Assembly (NCBI GenBank): GCA_000697335.1
Contig: JNEM01013449.1
Span: forward strand, 1 to 44,264
Direction: 5' to 3'
From: Conidiobolus incongruus B7586
Lineage: Eukaryota
DNA: 44,264 nt
Part shown: one piece after another, positions 1 through 11,386 of the stretch
How the letters are laid out: each line of letters begins with the position of its first letter
Position numbering within the stretch: position 1 is the stretch's first letter
Program-made: the position numbers and the translations under genes
Notes under the pieces: model-generated
What the model was told of the DNA's origin: nothing
What the model saw: only the letters and a program-made list of their open reading frames with translations
Databases searched by the model: none

Positions 1-1051
1 TTTTATTATATAATTATATAAATATAAATAACCCAAACAAATTTAAGATACAAAGGAGGACATATATCTAAACTTATTTTACTTAATTTAACTTTAATAA
101 GCCTTGTCCCAAGAAATAATAATATGATAATCAGAATATTAATTTTAAATTAATAATTTATTATTATAAATAATATATTAAAATTATTTCCAATTTTAGA
201 TTTTACAAATCCATAATTATTTAATTAAAAAACTTTATTATTAATAATTGATATAATAAAGTTTTTATTTTTTTTGAGTATTCATAATTTTAAAATAAAA
301 ATTATTATTAAAGTTTTAATAATATATATATATTTCACTTTTAAAATCTTTAAAAAAATGAATCAAAACCTTGAATCTAAATATTTTAGGATATTATCTA
401 TATTAAAATCGCTAGATTTTGAAGGAATTATAATAGGCACTTTACTTTATATTTTAACTATTCATAAACATCTGATTTTAATATTATGTCATTTTTGTTA
501 ATATATTAAGTATCAATTATTGGCAATTTTATAAATTAATTAATGCTTATTGAAATCAACTATATACAAAATTAATAATTTTAAAATTTTCTAAATATAT
601 ATTATTATGAATATTGCTTCATTCTTTGAAGTATTGTCGTTGAAATTGACCTGTTTTTTTTCATTGAATATATTACAAAGTATTTAAAACTGACAAATAT
701 ATATAGTAATATTGTTTAAAATTAGAAATTTTTGATATTTTGGATTATAACAACTTGATAATTTGGTCAATTATTTTCAACCTTAATACTTATTACTAAA
801 ATAAAATTAAGTCATTAAATAGGCAAAAATTGAAATCTTTGAATTAATATATATGTATAATCTACATTATTTATATAAAGCTCAAGTCAAAATATTATTA
901 TTAATAAATAATGAATTGATAAATATTAAAGTATTTTATATAACATTATTATTAAATGTTTTATTTTACAAATTATTACAATGAAAGAGTTTTGAATTAG
1001 TATTGGCGATTGTCATTGACATCAGCACCAAAGTGGAATAATTCCAACAAA

Positions 1052-2827
1052 TCAGTATCCGAAGTTAAAGTTTAATAAATCGGACCAACGGGTAGGGTAG
1101 CCGCCATTGTTACCTCCAGGATAGCTGGGACGCTCAGGATAATTAGGGTAAGAAGGCTTTTCGGGGTATTCTGGCTTATTGGGACGAGTGGGATAACCGG
1201 GGTTTGAAGGCTTCTGAGGATATCCTGGGCGGTTGGGGCGAGTAGGATAGCTAGGGTAAGAAGGTCTTTGAGGGTAGGAAGGATAGCCAGGATAAGAGGG
1301 GCGGTGAGGATAGGAAGGGTAACCAGGGCGAGAGGGGTAACCAGGTCTTGAAGGATATCCTGGACGAGAAGGATATCCGGGCCTTGAAGGGCGATTGGGG
1401 TATGAAGGATATCCAGGATGCTCAGGCTTGCCAGGATAAGTAGGCTTTTCAGGCTTTCCAGGTTGATCAGGCTTACCAGGATTAGTGGGCTTTTCAGGTT
1501 GATCAGGCTTTCCAGGATTAGTGGGTTTTTCAGGTTGATCAGGATTGCCAGGGTAGGTAGGCTTTTCAGGTTGATCAGGATTGCCAGGATTAGTAGGTTT
1601 TTCAGGTTGACCAGGGTAAGTAGGCTTTTCAGGTTGATCAGGATTGCCAGGATTAGTAGGTTTTTCAGGCTGACCAGGCTGGCCAGGGTAAGTAGGCTTT
1701 TCAGGTTGATCAGGCTTTCCAGGATTAGTGGGTTTTTCAGGTTGATCAGGATTGCCAGGATTAGTAGGTTTTTCAGGTTGATCAGGCTTGCTAGGGTAAG
1801 TAGGCTTTTCAGGTTGATCAGGATTGCCAGGATTAGTAGGTTTTTCAGGTTGATCAGGCTTACCAGGATTAGTAGGTTTTTCAGGTTGACCAGGGTAAGT
1901 AGGCTTTTCAGGTTGATCAGGCTTACCAGGATTAGTAGGTTTTTCAGGTTGATCAGGCTTACCAGGATTAGTAGGTTTTTCAGGTTGACCAGGATTAGTA
2001 GGTTTTTCAGGTTGACCAGGGTAAGTAGGCTTTTCAGGTTGATCAGGCTTACCAGGATTAGTAGGTTTTTCAGGTTGACCAGGGTAAGTAGGCTTTTCAG
2101 GTTGATCAGGCTTACCAGGATTAGTAGGTTTTTCAGGTTGATCAGGCTTACCAGGATTAGTAGGTTTTTCAGGTTGACCAGGGTAAGTAGGTTTTTCAGG
2201 TTGATCAGGATTGCCAGGATTAGTAGGTTTTTCAGGTTGATCAGGCTTACCAGGATTAGTAGGTTTTTCAGGTTGACCAGGGTAAGTAGGCTTTTCAGGT
2301 TGATCAGGATTACCAGGATTAGTAGGTTTTTCAGGTTGATCGGGCTTACCAGGATTAGTAGGTTTTTCAGGCTGACCAGGCTGGCCAGGGTAAGTAGGCT
2401 TTTCAGGTTGATCAGGATTGCCAGGGTAAGTAGGCTTTTCAGGTTGATTAGGATTGCCAGGGTTAGAGGGCTTTTCAGGTTGATCAGGAATAGTAGGTTT
2501 CTCAGGTTGGCCAGGCTGACCAGGGTAAGTAGGCTTCTCGGGTTGACCAGGAGTAGGTGGTTTTTCGGGATTACTGGGATATGAAGGAGTGGTAGTAGGT
2601 TGGTTAGGATAGGTGTTGGTACTGGTTGTGGACGGATAAGATGTAGAAGAAGTGGTAGATGGCTTGGGAATTTCAGGTATAGGATATACGGGATATTGAG
2701 AATAACCTGGATATTTAGGATAGTAAGGATATTGAGGATAGCCAGACTCATAATCAAAGTCATAGCCATTTGGAAGAGCATTGGTAATGGCCAAGATAGC
2801 GATGTATGAAGCTATTTTAGTATACAT
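1052..2827 (-). CDS. Secreted Pro/Tyr-rich tandem-repeat protein, 591 aa (PEKPT[N/Y]PG repeats; extensin/adhesive-like)
   Basis: The ATG at 2827 gives MYTKIASYIAILAITNA/LP, a signal peptide. A TATA-like run lies at about 2887-2896. The YP-rich N- and C-terminal regions flank 9- and 12-aa repeats. The longer ORF start at 3001 is not an ATG and is AT-rich UTR-like sequence. Confidence 0.9.
   Translation of the reverse strand: MYTKIASYIAILAITNALPNGYDFDYESGYPQYPYYPKYPGYSQYPVYPIPEIPKPSTTSSTSYPSTTSTNTYPNQPTTTPSYPSNPEKPPTPGQPEKPTYPGQPGQPEKPTIPDQPEKPSNPGNPNQPEKPTYPGNPDQPEKPTYPGQPGQPEKPTNPGKPDQPEKPTNPGNPDQPEKPTYPGQPEKPTNPGKPDQPEKPTNPGNPDQPEKPTYPGQPEKPTNPGKPDQPEKPTNPGKPDQPEKPTYPGQPEKPTNPGKPDQPEKPTYPGQPEKPTNPGQPEKPTNPGKPDQPEKPTNPGKPDQPEKPTYPGQPEKPTNPGKPDQPEKPTNPGNPDQPEKPTYPSKPDQPEKPTNPGNPDQPEKPTNPGKPDQPEKPTYPGQPGQPEKPTNPGNPDQPEKPTYPGQPEKPTNPGNPDQPEKPTYPGNPDQPEKPTNPGKPDQPEKPTNPGKPDQPGKPEKPTYPGKPEHPGYPSYPNRPSRPGYPSRPGYPSRPGYPSRPGYPSYPHRPSYPGYPSYPQRPSYPSYPTRPNRPGYPQKPSNPGYPTRPNKPEYPEKPSYPNYPERPSYPGGNNGGYPTRWSDLLNFNFGY
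1420..2560. repeat. Coding minisatellite with mixed 27-nt (QPEKPT[Y/N]PG) and 36-nt ([K/N]PDQPEKPT[N/Y]PG) units
   Basis: ccaggattagtaggtttttcaggttgatcagg and ccagggtaagtaggcttttcaggttga recur throughout. Confidence 0.95.
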
Positions 2828-5530
2828 TTTAATTGAATAAATAAATTGTAATAGTTTAATGATAATCATAGTTAAAATTCGTAAAGTATATATATACAAT
2901 ATTTCATGGATCAGTTTGATCAATGCTGTGTTATGACTATGTAAAGATTCAATAGTCAACGAAAAGTGCCAATCAAGTTTTTGACAGCAGTGATAATCCA
3001 CATGTAATCATCATTTAACACCGGATACAATATTGTATCAGATACTGGTAGTATTGACAACTTTGCTATATTGAAATCATATTTGGTCTATATAATTATT
3101 GTACATGGATCATGAATCTATTTTTAATTAATAATTCTCATTTAATAATTACGAGTCATTAAAATCAGGTATTTAATTCGATTGCAATCAACTGGAAATA
3201 TTATGATGATGATAATGTTGTATATAGATTGATAATTTAGTATCTAACGGATAAATATGTTATAAACTGCAAGCTTGCAAGATAAAATTATCATTGTGAA
3301 ATGTTAAATAGGCTTAAGATTGTTATATTAAACAAGAAATTGTATCTTTTCAAGTCAGTTAATTATAATTTTTTTGTTAATAATTAAAGCAAATATTTTT
3401 AAGAATATTTGATGTTAAAAATTTTCATATATTATTGCAATAAAGCGATTGCAAATAATTGATTTTATCTAATAAATGAGTCATACTAGCATTTCTAAAT
3501 TTCTTTATAAAAATACCAATTAAATATAAACTGACATCTGAATCAATATTGTAATAGTATAGAAAATGAAAAATAAGAGCTAACATAAGGCGTAAATATG
3601 TATTAAAATTTAATTATCCTGAACGGTTTTGTGTACAGTTAAACATTTGATAACTCATTGTGGATTATTTTTTACAAAATATTCAATATTTTTTGATAAA
3701 CTCAGTTATTTTCCCATAATCATATTAAATTGGCGATTTTCAAAATATTTTACAAGTAAAAATAATATGAATATTATATAGTATTAACATTGAATTATAA
3801 ATATTATTCTCATATATGTATGTGATTTTTTAATAAAAATTCGCACATTCTCATATACATATGGCTTAAGATATTAGAAAATTATATATATTATAAAAGT
3901 TATTTAATGATACATTTTATCAAATAATATAATATAATAAAATTCTAGAATATAAGCATAATTCTTAGATTACAAATTTTACTACATATTAATTAATTCA
4001 GTCTATTTAAACTATTTAACATAAAATTCAATCCATGGATATCTATACCAAACTATTAAGATATGGATTTTAATGTTCTAACTTTTCAATATAATTAAAT
4101 ATTAATTATTTGGATATATTATTTTAATAATGACAGTATAATCTTGATTAATCATTTCGTAAGTGGTAAATTTTGACTTGGAAATAAACTTTAATAATAT
4201 AATTATTATATTTGTATGAATTCTATATGCAGAATGGATCATTTTTATTGATAGACTTATAAATAAAAATTAATTAAATGGTTACAATATTTGATGTAGA
4301 ACTATCAGTACCTAATAATGCTTTATTAGTTAATAAAATATAATTATTTATTAAAATATTAAAAATCGTATTAATATGCCCCTTTCTATAGTATTCATAA
4401 TATGTATACAATTTTGAAATTTGGAATTTTTTCAAAATTTCATCCGTTTCATTTAGATATGTTGAATTCCTTACTAACCACTTTGATGTATAAATAGCAG
4501 TATTAATTTAGATTTACTAATTATATATTTATTTCAATAATAACCAATATTCCTTTATAACATTAGGAATTATTAAAAGTATAGATTTGATTAGAAAAAT
4601 ATGGAAAACATATAAATTATTTGGATATATTTACTCTATAATAAATTTATAGTTGCTAAGTTTAACAATAATTTCGGATTATTGATGGGGTTGAGAATAT
4701 TTTTAGAAATTAAGATCTTGTTTTTGAACTCTATTTCAGTTAATAAAACTTTTTAATAATGCTCAATTTAAGATCAATATCCATTATAATATTGAAATAA
4801 TATATCGAATGATTTGTAATTTATTTTCTATTTATATATCTAAAAATAAGAATATTTAATTAAAAACTGAATTAATCTAGTTAATACCTTCGCCTTATGC
4901 AAATCAGTTATTCAATAAACAAAGATTTATAATCAGAATTTTGGTTAACAATTATCCATATATCTCCAATTATGATATAATACCATCCTCTAAAATGGAT
5001 TTGGTTTAAATCTAATATTATATTATATGATTAGTGAAGTTTCGTATAACTACAAAAAGTTTATATTACATTTTATAATTATTCTATAATGAATTCAATT
5101 TTATGATGCTCTATAAAGTAATTACGAGTATTTGTCAATTATTGGTTGAGAGTTATTTATTGGGATGTCAGTTATTTTCCTTAAGTATGTGTTTTAAAAG
5201 TAGACTATATAATATAATCATCATATAAAAATAAGGATTGATTTGATTAAAACATATTCTATATTTAGCACTAATTTTAATAAGTTGATTCCGAAAAATA
5301 GATGCTCTTCATAACTTAAACAAATTTAATTTTAGATTTAGTAATATTATAGAACTACATATTTTAATATTATTGCCAAAGCTTAACAAATTTTTGAAGT
5401 ATGATTCTAAATTAACAACAAGAATTTAACAATGGATGAGTAATAGGGGAATATACCTTTAAATTAATTATAATAATTTATTATTAACACAGTAATGAAT
5501 ATTCAATATCAAACAAAATTTTAAATATGA

Positions 5531-6469
5531 TTAATAATAGCTAGGTTGAAGGATATTGAGGAGATTGGTTACGGTTTCAGTATCAATTGAATTTCCACCA
5601 TTGTAGTAGGACTTGACTGAATCTAAATCGAGAGGAACATTGGAAAATTGAGCAGCGATAGCATCAACATAGTTATTAACTAAGTCACGACGTTGGTATT
5701 GGTCTTGGTATTGATCTTGATCCTGGTATTGATCTTGATCTTGGTTTAAAACGTTGACATCAGCATTAACATTAGCTAATTGATCGTGACCCAAAACTTC
5801 AGCATTGACTTGAGCATCAGCAACACCAGCAACATTGGCATTGGCATCGACACCGGCAACGCGGCCATTAGCCAATACATCGGCATCCACATGAGCGTCG
5901 GCAACGTTGGCAACATTAGCGTCAGCATTAGCACTGGCTACACCATTTTTGCCCAATACTTCAGCATTGACTTGAGCATCAGCAACACCAGCGACATTAG
6001 CATTGGCATCGACACCAGCGACGCGACCATTAGCCAATACATCAGCATTTACTTGGGCATTAGCAAGGCCAGCAACATTAGCATCAGCATTCACATTGGC
6101 TAAACCTTGCTTACCCAAAACTTCACCATTAACTTTAGCATCAGCAAGACCAGCAACATTGGCATCGGCATCAACCTTGGCTAAACCATCTTTACCCAAT
6201 AAACCAGCATTAGCTTTAGTCTTAATGAGGTTAAGAATGTTAGCGTCGAGGTTAGCATCGAATAAGTTTCCTCCATAATAGCCACTTTTACCCAAAGCTC
6301 CGGCATCGAAGCGAATATATCCAAGCTTACCGAGGTCAGCATTGATTTTAGCATTGATTAAGTGTTTAGGAAGATAGATAGGAGGTAAGGGATATTTGGA
6401 ATCGTAATCGGCAGTAGGGAGAGCTAAAACGGAAGCGAGTAAAGTAGTCAATTGGATGAAGGAAAGCAT
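5531..6469 (-). CDS. Secreted Cys-free protein, 312 aa, with ~26-aa Ala/Asn/Asp/Val beta-repeats
   Basis: Signal peptide MLSFIQLTTLLASVLA/LP. Repeats of the type DANANVAGVADAQVNAEVLG, then a DQDQYQ tract and an RR dibasic site. TATA at about 6545. Confidence 0.92.
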   Translation of the reverse strand: MLSFIQLTTLLASVLALPTADYDSKYPLPPIYLPKHLINAKINADLGKLGYIRFDAGALGKSGYYGGNLFDANLDANILNLIKTKANAGLLGKDGLAKVDADANVAGLADAKVNGEVLGKQGLANVNADANVAGLANAQVNADVLANGRVAGVDANANVAGVADAQVNAEVLGKNGVASANADANVANVADAHVDADVLANGRVAGVDANANVAGVADAQVNAEVLGHDQLANVNADVNVLNQDQDQYQDQDQYQDQYQRRDLVNNYVDAIAAQFSNVPLDLDSVKSYYNGGNSIDTETVTNLLNILQPSYY

Positions 6470-7447
6470 ATTGGAGAATAATTAATTAGATTAAATTAAA
6501 TAACAAAGGATATGATATTGATGCATACAACGACCGTTCAAGTATTTATATATCAAAATCAATATTTATCTCTCAAAAAGGGGATCCTAATGTTCTACAC
6601 AAAAATCTTGAAACCCGAATTTGTGTAATGGTAAAACTGGAAAGTGTCAATTATTCACATACTATAGCGCAATTCCATTAGCTCCTCCTAACCTTGCAGG
6701 GACATGATAAATTTAAATTTGAATTCAAGTACAATTTACTAAGATTAAATTTAATTTAAACGTTTATATTCACTCTAATAAAGTTCAAAGATAGAATAAA
6801 AAAATATAATAACATATATAACAGTACTTTAATAATAGGTTAAAACACGGACATTTAGATGTATATTGTATATTTATCCTATTGACTTTTTTTTAGAAAT
6901 CATAGGTTCTACAAAATCAATGAACCTCCTAAATTAAATTAAATTTTGAAAAGAAATGCAACGCTACCAATTAATTACGAATCCTCTCAAATTTTACCAA
7001 TTTTATCACTATTTTGAATTGATTATTTTATCAATTGATTCCGAAAACTTTCGATTGCTAATAAAATATCATTTTTAATATTATTCTTATCTTGCTTAAA
7101 TGTCAAATATTTATCTTTGATATATAAATATTGATATGAAATACTTTACGCCAAATGGTTCATATTATTAATTTATTTTTTAAACTTCTTTTATTGGATA
7201 ATTTCAATAAAAACATTCAAACCAATACTTTTTTATCCTTGTATTTATTTTTAAAATTACTCAATTACTCTAAATTATTTACCAATATTATCCATTTTAA
7301 AATTCAAGTTTAAAAAAAAATAAAAAATTATAAACAAAAATAATATTTTATTTTAATTAAAAGAAAACTACCTATTAAAATTTTGATATTTATAAAAACA
7401 TATTAAAAAATATCAACTATATAAAAACTTTGATGGATTATTAATTC

Positions 7448-7663
7448 CTATAGATTTAAATTTAAATTTATATCATTATAATATGGATAGAAGTATGAGT
7501 TGGGATGATTATAATAATTCGAGGGATTGAAATGATGTAATTCATCAGTTATTGGTTTTTCAACTGTTTCTACAGGTTCTAAATTGTCGATATCATTAAT
7601 TGCATAATAACTTGGGAGTGCTGCAATTCCAAGAGTTAAGAATATAGATGAAAGTAATTTCAT
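7448..7663 (-). CDS. Small secreted Tyr/Asn-rich protein, 71 aa
   Basis: The ATG at 7663 gives MKLLSSIFLTLGIAA/LP. The protein ends in DINLNLNL. TATAAATA lies at about 7713-7720 on the minus strand. Confidence 0.75.
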   Translation of the reverse strand: MKLLSSIFLTLGIAALPSYYAINDIDNLEPVETVEKPITDELHHFNPSNYYNHPNSYFYPYYNDINLNLNL

Positions 7664-8380
7664 TTGAATGCTACAACAAGGGTGACAAGTTAGAATTATA
7701 GATTGATCCAGGTATTTATACTTATCATAATTTTTCAAACTGTTAAAAATAGTATCAAAATCGTTATATTTTTTCTTAACTGTAAGCTGATAAATTTCTA
7801 TATTTTGTATTTATTCACATTTTTACATTCTCTCCACATTAATAAATCCTTAAATTGTGATTGGACTGTTTGATTCAATATCAAAATATATAATAATATT
7901 TGATAATAAGAATGATATCAATATAATGTATAGATATTGCTTTGATTATATGTCCAATTTTAGATTATTATAACATTAACAAGATATAATAATACAGAGT
8001 ATAAAATTTTTCAAAAATAACTTTATTTGTCAAATACTGAATATTAATATAATCTCTTGATTAATTTTTAAAACTTGTTTCTTTAATACCTCATTATCAT
8101 TAACTTAATTAGGAAATTAATCATCATAAGTTTTACAATTTAAATATCATCAAAGTAGATATAATATTATAAGAATTATTAATATATAAGTTGAGAAATT
8201 TAATATAATTATAATACAAAATATGTTATTTGATTATGAGATGTCATTGTGTATGATACAATCCATTTATAAGATCCAAAATAACATCAACAATATTTAT
8301 ACATAGCCTACTTTGTTTAATCAAGGTGGATGGGTCGTCATCGGAGATCTACAAAGTGCAACGAGCCAGAGAAATTGATA

Positions 8381-8476
8381 TTAGAATGGTTTGAAATATT
8401 CAATATTTACAGCATCTTCATCAAAAGCAGAAAAGACAATATCAATAACACTTAACAAAGTAAAGAAAGAAACCAT
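8381..8476 (-). pseudogene. Truncated paralog of the MVS...PAGDA small secreted family (31 aa)
   Basis: Manual translation MVSFFTLLSVIDIVFSAFDEDAVNIEYFKPF* aligns with MVSLIALFSVIATVLSVPAGDAANS. The family promoter motif is retained at 8603-8634. Confidence 0.65.
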
Positions 8477-8599
8477 TTAGATATATTTAGATCAACTTTA
8501 AAGTATTAGTTTGACAATTTAAAAAAAGAATACAGGTTATCAGGATCGTTTATATAGTTAAATATATAGACTGTAAAATAATAGTGGTTAGTGTGTGAA

Positions 8600-8634
8600 T
8601 GACTCCTTTTTGAATGCCATATTGAAAGGAGGAG
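8600..8634. promoter_or_regulatory. Shared upstream inverted motif, copy 1
   Basis: tgaCTCCTTTTTgaatgccatattgAAAGGAGGAG, starting 127 bp upstream of the ATG at 8476. Confidence 0.6.
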
Positions 8635-9162
8635 TATGCAAATTTTTTGCATCCAATTTGTCTCCTTGTGATTTGACTTATTGTTTATACACTAAATGAA
8701 TTAATCGATCTTTTTATCTATATCAATTATTAATACTAACTCTAAGAATTCTTATTATTAATTAAAAACGTGTATTATCAATAATCAAAATAAAAAATAA
8801 TAGGTTTTGTTAATTATTATTAATGATATAAATGAATTAATTTAAATAAACACTTATATTAATATATTTTAATCATATAGTAAAAATATGGAAAAAATAT
8901 TCTTTGTAATGTGATATGTATTACTATACAACTTACTTATTTTGATAAAAAGAGAACTTAACTGACATTAATGTATTTTTCAGTATAATTCAAACTATAT
9001 ATAAATATAATTTAAATATTTTCAATTTATTATATATACAATATGTTGTTGACTAATCAATTAGAATTCAGAATTATTTAATAAATATTAATATTAATCA
9101 ATAGGAAATGAATAATAAAAAAAATTAATTTATTAACAATACTTTAAAATATAAAAAGATAT

Positions 9163-9450
9163 TTAAGGGTATCTAGGATATCCGGGCCTGGCATAGTACC
9201 TATTCAAAATATCCAAATCTATATTAGCACCAATTAAATTTTCCCCATAGCGATGAGGGTATTTTGAAGGATATCCATATCTTCCATAATAGTAAGGTAA
9301 TATATTGACATCAGCATCTAAATTCACTGCATTAGCGACATTGGCGCGGACATCGGCATCAATTAAAGAATCAACAGTATTGGTAGCATCTCCAGCGGGA
9401 GCAGCAAAAATAGTAGAAACAGCAAATAAGATAGTCTTGAAAGTTACCAT
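9163..9450 (-). CDS. Small secreted beta-motif, Tyr-rich protein, 95 aa
   Basis: Signal peptide followed by APAGDA, then LIDADVRANVANAVNLDADVNIL, a YGRYGYP linker and NIDLDILNRYY. Confidence 0.9.
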   Translation of the reverse strand: MVTFKTILFAVSTIFAAPAGDATNTVDSLIDADVRANVANAVNLDADVNILPYYYGRYGYPSKYPHRYGENLIGANIDLDILNRYYARPGYPRYP

Positions 9451-9570
9451 TTTAATCTAAGATTATTTTTTATGAATCAGTTGAATATTTGATACTTAAA
9501 TATTGGTTCTCTAAATGGTTTTTATAGCTAAACTCAGCGATGAAGTAAAATATGAACGGAGTATATAAGC

Positions 9571-9600
9571 CTCCTTTTTCAACCCATTACTTAAAGGGGG
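9571..9600. promoter_or_regulatory. Shared upstream inverted motif, copy 2
   Basis: CTCCTTTTTcaacccattacttAAAGGGGG, 121 bp upstream of the ATG at 9450. Confidence 0.6.
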
Positions 9601-10308
9601 ATAGTATCTAGTATTTGTAATTTAAATCCACCTCCATTCCCCATGCTATATTATCCATTTACTCTACACACTAAATTCAATTGGGTTAAAATCATTAAAT
9701 TTCATTTCGTTCAACCAAGTTATTATAAATATTTAATTTTAAATCCAATATTTATGATCAATCATTTTAGGTTATAGCGAATAAAAATAAATAAAAAACC
9801 ATGTTTTATTTATTGTATATTTCAATTTCATATATCACTTCAACCTAAATATTTGAAATCTTGGTTCACGAGTTCAATTATACACATATATTTTAGTGTT
9901 TTAAAACATCCATAATAAATAAAAATGAATTAAAAAAAATACTATATGGAGAAATCAAGTCTTTATTGATTGTTACAATTTGATATGGTAATTTTTGATA
10001 ATAATTGTAATTGTAACATATAAAATATTTCATTATAAGTTAACAAAAGAATTGGTTTTTTAATAATCAAACCAATATTTTTGCAGTTAATTTTTTATAT
10101 AAAATTTTTGAAACTAAATTCTACACTTATTAATTTTTATATATACTATTTTTAAGCATTACATATATATTATTTTATATAAATAAATTTTAAAATAAAT
10201 TAAGAATATTAAATATATAATTTTAATTATTGAAAAATGAATATTTTTATTTCAAAAATATAAAAATTATAATCTCAAAACTCTGATAATTAATTAATAG
10301 GGAATTCT

Positions 10309-10668
10309 TTAAAAGTAAATAGGGTATCTTGATCTGTCATAGTATCTGTTCAAAAGTTCTAAATCGAGGTTTAAATCTAATAAGCTTCCGCCATATCGGC
10401 GAAGGCCATTCAAGAGACTCAAGCCTAAATCTAAGTTCAATAAGCTGCCGCCATAGCGATAGGGGTGTCTAAAAGGATAAGACACGGGATAGCCATATCG
10501 ACCATAGGGATAGGGTAAAATATGTGCATCAGCATCTACTTGAGCAGCGTTGGCGACATTGGCATTGGCATCAACATTCACAACAGAACCAGCAGAATTT
10601 GCAGCATCACCAGCAGGCACAGATAAGACAGTGGCAATAACACTGAATAAAGCGATTAAAGAAACCAT
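10309..10668 (-). CDS. Small secreted beta-motif, Tyr-rich protein, 119 aa
   Basis: Paralog of 9163 and 12737. VPAGDAA follows the signal peptide, and the RYGGSLL(N/D)LxLxLxLLN motif is duplicated. Confidence 0.9.
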   Translation of the reverse strand: MVSLIALFSVIATVLSVPAGDAANSAGSVVNVDANANVANAAQVDADAHILPYPYGRYGYPVSYPFRHPYRYGGSLLNLDLGLSLLNGLRRYGGSLLDLNLDLELLNRYYDRSRYPIYF

Positions 10669-10793
10669 ACTAAAATATTGTATTAATTGTATTATTAACT
10701 ATTTTCTCAATAATTTAATAAGCAATTAAAGTACCCGTATATATACTGAAACCTATTGTGCTATTAAAAAATGAGTAAATGGAGCATCCAAAA

Positions 10794-10823
10794 CTCCTTT
10801 TTAACACTTCTTGAAGCAGGAGG
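10794..10823. promoter_or_regulatory. Shared upstream inverted motif, copy 3
   Basis: CTCCTTTTTaacacttcttgAAGCAGGAGG, 126 bp upstream of the ATG at 10668. Confidence 0.6.
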
Positions 10824-11386
10824 ATGCACTTTTTTGCAATCCATTTTACTCTCCTTCTCCTTCATAACTGAGCCATCTCCATTCAATTAATATCAATATA
10901 GTTAAACTTATTTGAGAATTCTGTTCATTTAATTTTATTCTAAATCACTTTAATATGTTAAAATGGTAATTACAAAATTTAAATAATTATTAAACTGTGA
11001 ATTCGAGCATTTTTAAAGATTTATTATTAGATTTTGGATACAAAATATAGGGAAACAAAAATATATTAGCCTTAAACATACTTAAATGCTTATTATTGTA
11101 GATATTAATAAAGTAAATCTATTATATATTATCCAATGTATTTGATAATAATATTCAATTAGAATATTTCATAAAAATTACAAATTATATTTTTCAATCA
11201 ATGAAAAAAAATATTTTTTTAGAAATATTGAAATTTTCTATAATAATATAATTCAATAAAATTATTATTTTAAATAAATATAATTTTTTAAAAAATTTTT
11301 AAATTTTTAGTAATAGATTAGCTAACAGTATTGATGATTGTATAATTAGATTGAAATTGATTAAAAAGAATAAATTAAACCTATTA

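Noticed and set aside
274..501. 75-aa ORF, and similar ORFs at 31381-31584 and 41871-42056
   Set aside because: They have I/L/K/N/F-biased composition typical of AT-rich noncoding DNA and no recognisable motifs.
1420..2560. CRISPR-like regular repeats
   Set aside because: No unique spacers, unit lengths are multiples of 3 within a coding gene, and the context is eukaryotic with no cas genes.
2828..3001. N-terminal extension of the 649-aa ORF
   Set aside because: It has a non-ATG start and spans the TATA region; the signal peptide begins at 2827.
5780..6278. Plus-strand ORFs here and other shadow ORFs within the 13840, TLDc, RIM4, BSD and RasGEF genes
   Set aside because: They are antisense or off-frame by-products of well-supported genes.
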